From positions 13,490 to 77,489 of the forward strand of contig JBFXGO010000002.1 in NCBI GenBank assembly GCA_050239825.1: a DNA stretch of 64,000 nt, written 5' to 3'. Under the pieces are notes generated by a model, which was given only the letters and a program-made list of their open reading frames with translations, had not been told where the DNA came from and searched no databases. Below, piece after piece: positions 1-9,626 of the stretch. The stretch comes from a bacterium. GTDB taxonomy: Bacteria; Hydrothermota; 32-111. The translations under genes were made by a program, and so were the position numbers. Numbering within the stretch: the stretch's first letter is position 1; every line of letters begins with the position of its first letter.

Positions 1-103
1 ACCTTGGATACAGAGACCACTGTATTCACCTCAACAAAGACAATCGCCAGAACAAAAACCGCAAGAGGATTCCCTGCGCCGCTCTTTGAACTTTCTGTTT
101 CAT
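1..103 (-). CDS. 5' end of a gene running off the window, apparently frameshifted (membrane or secreted protein start)
   Basis: GGAGG then ATG at 103 gives MKQKVQRAAQGILL and stops after 25 codons. A shifted frame continues as hydrophobic AVFVLAIVFVEVNTVVSVSK to the window edge. Confidence 0.35.
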
Positions 104-137
104 AAAAACCTCCATTTTTAAAGTTAACATACTCTAA

Positions 138-153
138 CGCACTATCCGTGCCA
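138..153 (-). promoter_or_regulatory. Putative sigma-54 (-24/-12) promoter
   Basis: Minus strand reads TGGCACG-GATA-GTGCG versus consensus TGGCACG-N4-TTGCW; GG and GC are correctly spaced; it lies about 35 bp upstream of an RBS and ATG. Confidence 0.6.
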
Positions 154-309
154 CACAAATATATTCGCATAACACGCGTGACAACAACAACTTGCGTTTT
201 ATAAAACCTGTTTAGAAGGGAGGAATTCGGTGCGACAAAAGTTTACATTGTTTTCTCTATAAATATCTGTTTCGCGGAAATTTTTTAAGGGGGGGTCTGT
301 TATATTAAT

Positions 310-1407
310 TTAAATTAAAGTAATCTTTGATGAATAGATGATTTTTTTATTATCAAATATTTTTACAAAATATATCCCGTTATTAAGAAACTTAATTGAA
401 AACTCTTTTGTTTTCACTTCACTTCTAAGCAAGACTCTTCCTGAAACATCCGTAATTGTTATCTTCACAGATAAATGTTCATCAATAGAATTAATAAAAA
501 GGATTCTCTCCTTCATATCAAATACTGCGCAGGATTTCCTCTCCTTAGAAGGTTTAAGAGCAAAATCCTCCTGCAGATTCATCCACGGGAAGTAGATTCT
601 TCTGGCAAGAGTTGTATCTATTATGAATGGATTCGGTTTATTCTGCTGATAAGTCGCTATTTTGTTTGTGCGCCACAATTCCCTTGCATCAACCGGTTCC
701 CTGTAATGCCATGCAAGAAGAGTATCTATCTGTTCTTTCCAGAATGATGTGTCGGAATCAAGGGCGATATACTGGGATTTATACATCGTATAAAAGTAAA
801 ACATTGAGCGGGATGCGTTTCCCTTGTGATCTTCGCGCGGTTCAAACCTCACTCCGGTTAAAAGCTCACTGTAAAAGTTAATGTTTGATGTCGGTATTGA
901 AGTTATATATGAATTATTATAGTACCACTTGTTTGTTGATGCGTCGGATATCTCACCGAACGGCAGGTTCCCCCTTGCAGAATTGACATCAATCTCTGTC
1001 GGATACAAATGATGAAGATCTCCCTCTCCAAGACCCGAAGCGCCCAATGACTGTGGCCATGTGTGTTCGCAGTTGATGCCATTATTGTAAGCATATGTGG
1101 AGGGGTCCTGACCTGCAACCATATAGACCGAGTATGCAGAATAAACACAGGTCAGGTAACCGTCTATCTTGTCTATAACTCCATAGAGAGTGTCCCTTCC
1201 TGCATCATATCCCAGATTTGAGCTTGACTTATAGTACTTTACAACAGAATCAGCCAAAGCAGAGCCTGTGACTCCCGGAAAGAGTATATCTTCATAAGAG
1301 AGGAGAGCCACTAAGAGCAATGATACAAGAAATATTTTTTTCACATTATATATGATAATGTTTTTTTTCGGTTTGGCAATAGATATGTAAACTAATGTCT
1401 CATCCAT
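310..1407 (-). CDS. Secreted endonuclease I-family nuclease with Por/T9SS-type C-terminal domain (likely start GTG at 1344)
   Basis: Motifs INCEHTWPQS, DLHHLYP, NSARGNLPFG, FEPREDHKGN, NKPNPFI; signal-like KKIFLVSLLLVALLS; C-terminus DVSGR...GIYFVKI...KITLI. Confidence 0.85.
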   Translation of the reverse strand: MDETLVYISIAKPKKNIIIYNVKKIFLVSLLLVALLSYEDILFPGVTGSALADSVVKYYKSSSNLGYDAGRDTLYGVIDKIDGYLTCVYSAYSVYMVAGQDPSTYAYNNGINCEHTWPQSLGASGLGEGDLHHLYPTEIDVNSARGNLPFGEISDASTNKWYYNNSYITSIPTSNINFYSELLTGVRFEPREDHKGNASRSMFYFYTMYKSQYIALDSDTSFWKEQIDTLLAWHYREPVDARELWRTNKIATYQQNKPNPFIIDTTLARRIYFPWMNLQEDFALKPSKERKSCAVFDMKERILFINSIDEHLSVKITITDVSGRVLLRSEVKTKEFSIKFLNNGIYFVKIFDNKKIIYSSKITLI

Positions 1408-1614
1408 TCATTCTCTGCTCTGGACTTAATGTCCCTTCATTCAATGTGTTAACATCTGGCATAGTTTATGATTATGTTAAAAGAAAAACAGGAGGTAAAG
1501 ATGAAAAAACTTTGTGTACCGTTGGGGAGGGTTTACACCTCTTCAACATTCCACTTTATCCGTGTCTGTTTTTGATTCTATTGCAAATTTTTCAGGGAGG
1601 ATTATAGTATTCTT

Positions 1615-2484
1615 ATGGCAAAATTCCTTATCATTCAAAATCCTGTGGCAGGAAACGGGTCTTCCGTTGAATATCTCCCCGAAATAATTTCAACAATCGA
1701 AAGATTGAAAATTCCTTATGTTTTAAAAAAGACATCTGAGAAGTTTGATGCGCAAAAACATGTCAAAGAGTGGATGACTCCGGATATCACAGATATTGTT
1801 GTTGTCGGAGGAGACGGAACTCTAAATGAAGTTGTGAATGGGTTATATCCGCATCTGAAGCCGATACGGCTGATAAGCACGGGCACAGGGAATGACCTCG
1901 TGAAAAATCTGAAAGATTACACAATGGACAATCTATTTCTCACAAATGATTTTCATGCAATAGATTTGTTTACAGTAAATGACACTGTCGGGATAAATGC
2001 GCTCGGACTGGGTTTTGACGGAGAGGTTGTAAGCGAGATGGATGAAAAAAACCTCAAAATAAACGGAATGTTCGCCTACATGATTTTTGTTCTTTCCAAG
2101 CTCTTTAAATTCCGCGCTCCGCGGTATCATATAACTGCTGATGGTATAGATTACAGGGGAAAATACTACATTACATGCGTGGGAAACGGAAAAGCTGTCG
2201 GAGGGGGATTTTTCTTGACTCCCAAAGCGCACATTGAAGACGGAAATCTTGATATTTGCCTCATCAGTGACATTCCTATGATTTTAAGACCCTATTATCT
2301 TATTAAAGTCATGATGAAAATACATCCCGGAGATAAAAAGGTTATTTATAAACAGTTCAAAGAGATGATTATAAGAAGTTCAAGAAATATTATGGGGCAG
2401 GTTGACGGTCAGCTTGTAACAGGCAAAGAATTTGTTGTGAAGATTGTAAATGAAAAACTTCATATAGTCTCCCACAAACACTGA
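1615..2484 (+). CDS. Diacylglycerol/lipid kinase family protein (YegS/DgkB-like)
   Basis: NPVAG, GGDGTLNEVVNG, GTGND, GLGFD, GGGF and QVDG motifs. Confidence 0.9.
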   Translation: MAKFLIIQNPVAGNGSSVEYLPEIISTIERLKIPYVLKKTSEKFDAQKHVKEWMTPDITDIVVVGGDGTLNEVVNGLYPHLKPIRLISTGTGNDLVKNLKDYTMDNLFLTNDFHAIDLFTVNDTVGINALGLGFDGEVVSEMDEKNLKINGMFAYMIFVLSKLFKFRAPRYHITADGIDYRGKYYITCVGNGKAVGGGFFLTPKAHIEDGNLDICLISDIPMILRPYYLIKVMMKIHPGDKKVIYKQFKEMIIRSSRNIMGQVDGQLVTGKEFVVKIVNEKLHIVSHKH

Positions 2485-2499
2485 TTTTTTCAATCCCCC

Positions 2500-2995
2500 T
2501 GTAAAGACAAAATCTTACTCAGCAGTGTCACCCTGAACGCTTCTATGGTTATGACTATCGTGAAGGGTCTATCAGTTTATTGCTTATTGATAATTGAAGA
2601 TTGAGCTGGGGCTGCACGCGGGCATAGCGTCGACTCACACACTCCGCTTCGCCGCTTTATCAAGATGGGAAAGCGGAGCAAGGGGTCGGCCACTTGATGG
2701 GCGTCTGCGCGGAGCGTCCTCGCCGACTTGTAGCTTTCACTTTCAATAAGTTAATTAATTGATTGTCCTCATGAGAAGCATTGAAAAGACGAGCGCTGTG
2801 GACAGGCTTCTCATTCGGAATTGTAAAGACAAAATATTAATCAGCAGTATATTGAGTTATGACTGTACTGGAATTTTTCCTCGGAACTGTAAAGGCAATT
2901 TATTTACTCAGCTCCCCGTATTATGCGCATGGCACACGGCTCATGGCTCAAGGCTGATTTTGTGGCTGCACGCTGGCATAGCGTCGGCTCACACA
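2500..2995 (+). repeat. Short mosaic repeat locus: one full ~128-bp core (2608-2735), one partial core (2962-2995) and linker modules shared with the 41.8-43.65 kb array
   Basis: Near-identical to 41808-42034 and 43150-43325, e.g. TGTAAAGACAAAATCTTACTCAGC, GTCACCCTGAAC...GTGAAGGGTCT, CACTTGATGGGCGTCTGCGCGGAGCGTCCTCGCCGAC. Confidence 0.95.
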
Positions 2996-2997
2996 AC

Positions 2998-3144
2998 AAA
3001 GAGAGTTGAAAAGTAAAAGAGTTAAAATGTAGAAGGATTAAACAGAAGAAAAGTAAAAAATAAGAAATCAATTTTTAGCTTTTGTACTCTTTTACTCTCT
3101 CTTACCTCTTACTTTTCTTTCTTATACCTTCACATCTTCTCATT
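2998..3144. repeat. Degenerate ~8-bp-period purine tract followed by a pyrimidine tract
   Basis: GAGAGTTG AAAAGTAA AAGAGTTA AAATGTAG... then TTTTAGCTTTTGTACTCTTTTACTCTCTCTTACCTCTTAC... Confidence 0.6.
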
Positions 3145-3210
3145 AGGCAAACACAAATCTTGACTGAATCTATTTTTTGCATTATCATTATTTTTTAACA
3201 AGGAGTTGAT

Positions 3211-5988
3211 ATGGAGAAAAGAATCTCTCTTTTGCTTTCTTTTGTTTTGATACTTATTTTCATAAATCTTCACTCTCAAATCAGCGGTTTTGTATTTGAT
3301 TCCGCAAACGGTCTCCCGCTATACGGAGTCGAGGTGAAATCAAATGGGAATTTTCTATGCATTAGCGACATCAACGGATATTTTCATGCGGATACACCCG
3401 ACACAGAAGAGGTATCACTATCATTTTCAAAGGATGGTTATTCAAAAAAGGTTTTTAAGGAGAATTCTTCTTCAGGTTTCGTCACCATAAAACTTCTTCC
3501 CGCCAATGTTGATGTTTATTCTTCATTTACAAGATATTACAGGGATGCTTCACAGCTGAAATACTTTTCAAGAATGAGCTCAGCTGACAACTTAAACACT
3601 CTGCCGGGCAATGTCTCAGGCAGATACTCAAGGCTTGGAAGAGATAATTTTATTCTCTATTCCCTCAACTCTGCATCAATTCCATCTTCAAGGGAAATCG
3701 CTTTTTTTGACTATGACAGAGCAATCTACTCCCCCTCCGGGTATATCAATTCCTTCTCTGACAATTTGAGCGGAAGAGTTGATTTTATAACTGACGACAC
3801 ATTCAACAAAGACGGCTTCAATGCAGAGCTTGAGGGTTTTCAGAATTATCTCTCATTGGGAAGCGGATTTCGCAGATTTTCTCTCTCTTATCAGAATGCA
3901 ATCGGACACAAGACATCCTATTCGATAGACGCATCCATGTTATCATCAGATGAAAAGTCACTTCTCTTCATGAGGCGGCCCTCACATGTTTATGCAAATA
4001 TTGATACTGAGAATTATGCGTTCAAATACACATTTTATGATTATTTTGTGAACGGAGAGAATGAACTTGATTCTTTACATTCGACTCTTACCTGGACAGA
4101 AGATTCTATCCCATTTTTTTCGGAGAGGATAGAGACTCTCTTTATTAATGACACCCTCTCTGTTGTAAAGAGATCCGCTGTTTTGGATACCGTGATAAGA
4201 AACAGATTCACCGATGACTATTTTGACAAGACAATGTCTAATCCTCCGCACACTGCGACGAGGGATTATTCTACCACGCTCTCATTAAAGAGCAACATTT
4301 TTGAAAATGCTCTCTTGGGAGCATCATTATATCTCTTCTCCGAAAATAAAGAACTTTATAGTTCCGCATACAGATACAATGAAGAGGATTTTGCTTCTTC
4401 TTTAAGAAATGGCTATTTTTTAAAGGCATCAGCCATGATTTACATGGGCGGGTCGCGCTCACTGAGCATCCAAATATCAAACGGATATACTCATGATAAA
4501 ACAGCGCCATCACATATTGACACAATGATTGCCATTCATGATGACGGAACAACCGACACCCTCTTTCCGAAAGTCAATTCTCCTCTTGAGGCAATTCTGG
4601 ATCCGTTCAACCTCTTCGAATATGATGATTTCATGAATCTGGAGTATGACACAACCCCTTACTATAATGATTATCCATATATGACTCTCTATTGTGGTTA
4701 TGAGGGAAAGTACGGTTATTATATTGAGAAGAACACAACTACAAATGCACTCTGCGTTGACTATTCGATGAACTTCCTGCAGGGAAACAGAATAACATCG
4801 GGAGCCGGAGTCAAGCAGAAGAGTTACTCACAGACAAGTGTCTTTCTTCCCTGGGACCCATACTATTTTAAGGATACATATTCGACTTCCTCTCTCTTCG
4901 CATACGGCTACATAAGGGATGCATTTGAAAGAAACGGTGTTTTTCTTGATATGAATATCAAGACAGATTTTGTATCAAGAAGCGGAGTGGCTGTTGAAGA
5001 TTCTATTGTCGGAGAATCAAATAGCGCGGTTCTATCATACAGGTTCGGGTTGAGGGATATGCTGAATGAATACTCATCAATCAGATTCTCTGCTGAAAGG
5101 GCTATTCAACAGACAGACGAGACATACCTCTTCTCCTACAGAACAGATGAAATATTTTCAAACAAACAATACGGAGACCCGCTCATTGCGCCCGCATCCT
5201 CCGGTTTATACGATTTTGGATTCGCCTTTGACCTCCCATCGGGAATATATCTCAATTCAAGCATCTTTTACAGGGAGTTTGAGAACCTTATTAATACAGT
5301 GAGAATTGAAACGGTTCCGTCCCCATACAATATTTACAAAGCAAACGGTTACCTCTATGGAAAGGGTTTTGAAATTCTCTGCGGTTTAAAAAGAAGATAC
5401 ATTGACATTGAGGGGAGCTACACATTTTCAACCTGCATCGAATCTGTTGACTCTTTGGATTACATAAGGTCATTCTACCCGGATTACAGTTCAAGACATA
5501 AGATAAACATCCTTCACACATTCAAAATGCCCTTCTCCAAAGACGATAAAAATGACCTCATTCTATCCGTAAATCACAGCTTCCGTTCGGGAATGCCGGC
5601 AAATGAGGGCGATGGAAATTATTACATTTTACCGGATCTTTATCTGGCGGATTTGGCTCTCATCAAGCAAATCTTCTTTGAGAACCGTTCCATTCATTTT
5701 TATTTTAATGTCTCCAATCTCTTCAATGCAGAGACCATGATTAGAGTCTATTCAAATACTCTCGACCCTGACAGGGACTGGACTGAAGAGTTGGATGCCG
5801 ACACATTTGCCCAGTACAGAATCGGAGAGACCGGCTATGATGTGAGAAAGGATGCAGACAGAGATGGAATTGTTTCAAGCGAAGAAAATTATGATTTCAC
5901 TCTCGGAATGTACTATGATAGAGCTTATAATCCTTATAATTACACAACACCGAGGGAGTTCTCTTTCGGATTAAGAATAGGTATTTAG
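3211..5988 (+). CDS. Outer-membrane protein, TonB-dependent-receptor-like, with N-terminal carboxypeptidase-regulatory-like domain
   Basis: Signal peptide; ISGFVFDSANGLPLYGVEV...SDINGYF; GDPLIAP, NVSNLFN and terminal PREFSFGLRIGI are typical of TBDR barrels. Confidence 0.7.
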   Translation: MEKRISLLLSFVLILIFINLHSQISGFVFDSANGLPLYGVEVKSNGNFLCISDINGYFHADTPDTEEVSLSFSKDGYSKKVFKENSSSGFVTIKLLPANVDVYSSFTRYYRDASQLKYFSRMSSADNLNTLPGNVSGRYSRLGRDNFILYSLNSASIPSSREIAFFDYDRAIYSPSGYINSFSDNLSGRVDFITDDTFNKDGFNAELEGFQNYLSLGSGFRRFSLSYQNAIGHKTSYSIDASMLSSDEKSLLFMRRPSHVYANIDTENYAFKYTFYDYFVNGENELDSLHSTLTWTEDSIPFFSERIETLFINDTLSVVKRSAVLDTVIRNRFTDDYFDKTMSNPPHTATRDYSTTLSLKSNIFENALLGASLYLFSENKELYSSAYRYNEEDFASSLRNGYFLKASAMIYMGGSRSLSIQISNGYTHDKTAPSHIDTMIAIHDDGTTDTLFPKVNSPLEAILDPFNLFEYDDFMNLEYDTTPYYNDYPYMTLYCGYEGKYGYYIEKNTTTNALCVDYSMNFLQGNRITSGAGVKQKSYSQTSVFLPWDPYYFKDTYSTSSLFAYGYIRDAFERNGVFLDMNIKTDFVSRSGVAVEDSIVGESNSAVLSYRFGLRDMLNEYSSIRFSAERAIQQTDETYLFSYRTDEIFSNKQYGDPLIAPASSGLYDFGFAFDLPSGIYLNSSIFYREFENLINTVRIETVPSPYNIYKANGYLYGKGFEILCGLKRRYIDIEGSYTFSTCIESVDSLDYIRSFYPDYSSRHKINILHTFKMPFSKDDKNDLILSVNHSFRSGMPANEGDGNYYILPDLYLADLALIKQIFFENRSIHFYFNVSNLFNAETMIRVYSNTLDPDRDWTEELDADTFAQYRIGETGYDVRKDADRDGIVSSEENYDFTLGMYYDRAYNPYNYTTPREFSFGLRIGI

Positions 5989-6992
5989 AGAGAGTCTTTT
6001 ATTGATTTAATATAAGTCTCTTTTTCTCTCTCTGAGATGAAACTTGCATTTATTGAATTTTTCGCGAGAGTCAGAATATCTTCTTCCTTCAAATCAAGCG
6101 CATCCGAAATTGCCATATAATTTTCATTCAGATATCCGCCAAAATATGCCGGGTCATCCGAATTGATTGTTGCGACTACTCCTGCATCGAGAAACTTCTT
6201 CAGAGGATGTTTTTTCAAATCTTTTACTACTTGAAGCTTCAGATTTGAAAGAGGGCATAAAGTAAGAGGAATCCTTCTCTCGGAGAGTTTTTTCAAAAGA
6301 GCCTCATCCTCCGATGATGCATTCCCATGGTCAATCCTCGACACATTCAAAAGTTCCATTGCCTCCGTAATATACTCTTTCGGACCCTCTTCACCCGCAT
6401 GAGCGACCGCAAAGAATCCGTTTTTTATGGCTTTTTGAAAGACCCCTCTGAATTTTGAAGGCGGATGTCCGATTTCGCTTGAATCTAACCCCACCGCAGT
6501 AATCCACTCTTTAAAAGGAAGCGCCTCTTCAAGGGTCCTGTATGCATCCAATTCATCCATGTGTCTTAAAAACGACATTATGATTTTCGAACTCACCGAA
6601 TATCTTTTCCTTCCCTCTTCGAGTGCGTTTCTAATACCTGTAATAGCAGTTTTAAATTTTACTCCGCGCGACATGTGGGTCTGAGGGTCAAAGAATATTT
6701 CCGCGTGGACTATCTTCTCTTGCTTTGCTTTTGAAATGTAGGCAATTGTGAGGTCATAAAAATCCTCCTCATTTATCAATACACCGGCCCCCTCATAGTA
6801 TATATCAAGAAACTCTTGCAGGTTTTTGAATTCATACGCTTTTTTTATTTCATCAACTGTTTTGAATTTCAATTGAATCTTGTTTCTTTTAGCAAGATTG
6901 AACATCATATCAGCTTCAAGGGACCCCTCTATATGCAGATGAAGCTCCGCCTTTGGCATTTTCCGTATCAGATTGTTTTCACTTATTCCCAT
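5985..6992 (-). CDS. add: Adenosine/adenine deaminase
   Basis: PKAELHLHIEGSL, FFDPQTH, AHAGEEG, RIDHG, CPLSN, NSDDPAYFGG. Confidence 0.92.
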   Translation of the reverse strand: MGISENNLIRKMPKAELHLHIEGSLEADMMFNLAKRNKIQLKFKTVDEIKKAYEFKNLQEFLDIYYEGAGVLINEEDFYDLTIAYISKAKQEKIVHAEIFFDPQTHMSRGVKFKTAITGIRNALEEGRKRYSVSSKIIMSFLRHMDELDAYRTLEEALPFKEWITAVGLDSSEIGHPPSKFRGVFQKAIKNGFFAVAHAGEEGPKEYITEAMELLNVSRIDHGNASSEDEALLKKLSERRIPLTLCPLSNLKLQVVKDLKKHPLKKFLDAGVVATINSDDPAYFGGYLNENYMAISDALDLKEEDILTLAKNSINASFISEREKETYIKSIKDSL

Positions 6993-7101
6993 TATTGTTA
7001 TTATATGTAAGATTCAAGTAATTTCAATCACAATCTCTTCATTTTCTTAAACTTGACAATAATCGTCAGATGTGGTATTCTAAAAAGAAAAAGGAGGATT
7101 C

Positions 7102-8067
7102 ATGAAAAAAACGCTCGTACTCTTTTTGACCGCGATGCTTTTGTTGAGTTCCTGCTCTCTCATAGGATTCAACACGATAAAGATCACAATTCCGTCAGAG
7201 TATCTTGCTGAAATAGACAAACTAATTGTTTCAATAGCAAATGGCGACAATGTGACGGAGAAGGAGATTGAAGAGTTGTCCGAAGAGATATCCTTTACGC
7301 ACATGGGATTTATAGATGTTGTAATGGCTTATGCATACAATGCGCAGGGAATACTTATTTTCACAGGAAAGGGCGGAAACGGAGATTTGGACATAGAGCT
7401 TGATTATGTCGGAGCAAATGCCGCTTCGCACATTGTGATATTTCAGGACGGACTTCCGTGGAGCACAACTTCAATGGAAGACATGCTCATTTCAGAGGGA
7501 TTTTCCACAGGAGAGGGTGAAAATCAGTATGAGTTTATAACTTCTGATAAAATTGAAGATTTCAATCTCAATCCCTATGAAGACCTTCTTATAATAGCAA
7601 ATGACCAGTCACAGACATTTTATAATGTGATTGGAGAAAACAATGACAAGATAAATGATTTTATAAATGCGGGCGGAACAATACTGTGGGAAGTGTGTGA
7701 CAACGGATGGGCAATGGGAGACATAAAAACCGCAGGCATAGTGCTTCCTGCTGAAGTCGAGATAAATCTCCTTTATGAATATTACAATACGATTATGCAG
7801 CCTGAACACAAAATGTTTGACGGTATTACTCTGACGGAGCTCTACAACTACTACGCAAGCCATGAGTATTTCACAAACCTTCCGGCATCCGCAAACATAC
7901 TGATGAACGGGTCTGATTCTGATGAACCGACTCTTGTTGTCTATCCTTACGGAGCAGGAATTGTCTTCATGACCGGACAGCCGCTTGAACATGCGTATGT
8001 GTACGAATCAGAATCAATGGGACTTATTCTTCCCAGACTCGTAAAGCTTGTTTTAGGAAAACTGTAA
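7102..8067 (+). CDS. Lipoprotein of unknown function with a GATase-like (flavodoxin-type) domain
   Basis: Lipobox LLSSC; FINAGG and YGAGIVFMTG motifs; similar to the middle domain of 16060-18342. Confidence 0.65.
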   Translation: MKKTLVLFLTAMLLLSSCSLIGFNTIKITIPSEYLAEIDKLIVSIANGDNVTEKEIEELSEEISFTHMGFIDVVMAYAYNAQGILIFTGKGGNGDLDIELDYVGANAASHIVIFQDGLPWSTTSMEDMLISEGFSTGEGENQYEFITSDKIEDFNLNPYEDLLIIANDQSQTFYNVIGENNDKINDFINAGGTILWEVCDNGWAMGDIKTAGIVLPAEVEINLLYEYYNTIMQPEHKMFDGITLTELYNYYASHEYFTNLPASANILMNGSDSDEPTLVVYPYGAGIVFMTGQPLEHAYVYESESMGLILPRLVKLVLGKL

Positions 8068-8095
8068 ATCCTTATAGCATAAATGCAAATTTATC

Positions 8096-8123
8096 CGGGC
8101 GTCTTTTGACGCCCGTTTTTTTT
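8096..8123 (+). terminator. Rho-independent terminator
   Basis: CGGGCGTC-TTTT-GACGCCCG followed by a T tract. Confidence 0.85.
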
Positions 8124-8181
8124 ATTTCACTGTTAACAAAAAGAGCTGTCAGTGTTATCATATAGGTATATTGGAGGTATT

Positions 8182-9590
8182 ATGAAAAAGTTAATTCTTT
8201 TGGTATTGGTATTTTCTGCTCTGCCCAGAGTTTTTACAAAATGAGAATACTTTTGTATGACGGGGATAAAGGCAGAACATTTACGAACCCAGACAATCAG
8301 AATAAAATTGGATATGAATATAATTTTGAAAAGGCATTTAATTATCTTGGTTTTAAAACTGATTCAACCCTTATCAAATCCACTATACTTCCGACATCAA
8401 TAGCAGGTTATATGCAGTTTGCGGCAGTATTTTTAGTAATGGGCAACGGAAGCCCCGACATAAAACCTGTTGATATTCAGCTGATGAAGGCATATCTTGA
8501 TTCCGGAGGATGAATTTTCAATGAGGGAAACAATGTGCCGTATTACCTCTATCAAACGGATCAGGCATTCTTGGAAAATTATTTCAACAATTCATGCCTT
8601 GACAAGTCTCATACTGTTCTGTATCTCGGAGAGGGGAAGTGGGACCAACATCTTAATCGGCCTTTTCATGACCTATGACTGAAAGGTCTTGTCCACTTCC
8701 CTCCGCCATTTATATCTTATGCCTTCTCTTTTTACTTTGCAATACTATGTGTTTTTAGCATACGATGACACTTTGAGATTTGCTTTAAGCAACCTCGGGA
8801 TTGATTATGTAAGAAAAACAGTTTTGGCCAATGCAAGCCGACCTTCATGGATAGAGCTGATGAAATACAATTATGTAATTTGGTTTACCGGCGTCGATAC
8901 TGCATTAACCCTTACTTCGACGGACACAACAAATCTTTCTGTTTATCTTTCGTATGGAGGAAATTTCATTCTTTCCGGAGAGAATATTGCTCAGGATATC
9001 TGCGTTCAGGGAGAACAGTCAAACATTCTTGATGAAAACAGATTCATCTCTCTGCGCCTTCGAATCGATTATCTCGGAAGCACTCTTGATTCAAGAGTAT
9101 ATTATGCAAATGCGGATGGTTATTTTCATGGACATTCCGGAACAAAAGTGCGATCCCTCTATGCGGCAACAGTAGGTTCAAATGTTGACAATATCAAGCC
9201 ATACTTAAGAGGAACTCATGTTGATTCAACTTACTATTTCATATCAACAAAAACAAAAGCCAATAATCTTGTGGCACTCTCTCATCAGGGAATAATGCAC
9301 AGAACTCTTTTTTTCGGATACTGCATAGAAAAACTTTATTACTCGGATATATCCTCAATTCTTTTCTATACATACCTCCAATACTTCACTTCAAATCTCT
9401 GGTTTAACCCTCTTGAGTGGGACGGCACATCAGATACGAAGGAAAAAAACACGGTAATTTCGCAAAACCTGCGGCGGTTTCGCCGGCGGCTGTCTATTTC
9501 GAAAGAAACCTTTATATCAGCGGAATATATTTCATAAGAGGAAAAATTGAAGGTAAAGATTATTCAAAGAGAATTCTTGTAATTTAATAT
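8182..9590 (+). pseudogene. Disrupted secreted protein with two related alpha/beta domains
   Basis: GGAGG and ATG at 8182 (MKKLILLVLVFSAL) shift into ORF 8241-8513. An in-frame TGA interrupts YLDSGG*IFNEGNNV, which parallels YLSYGGNFILSGENI in fragment 8689-9537. Confidence 0.7.
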
Positions 9591-9626
9591 TTTTTTATAT
9601 TAGTTCTTGTTGAATTCTTTTATGTT

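Noticed and set aside
1457..1472. Second sigma-54 promoter (TGGCATAGTTTATGA)
   Set aside because: Lacks the invariant GC at -12.
8511..8513. Selenocysteine or TGA recoding
   Set aside because: The gene has other frameshifts, the position is not Cys-like, and TGA terminates intact genes here.
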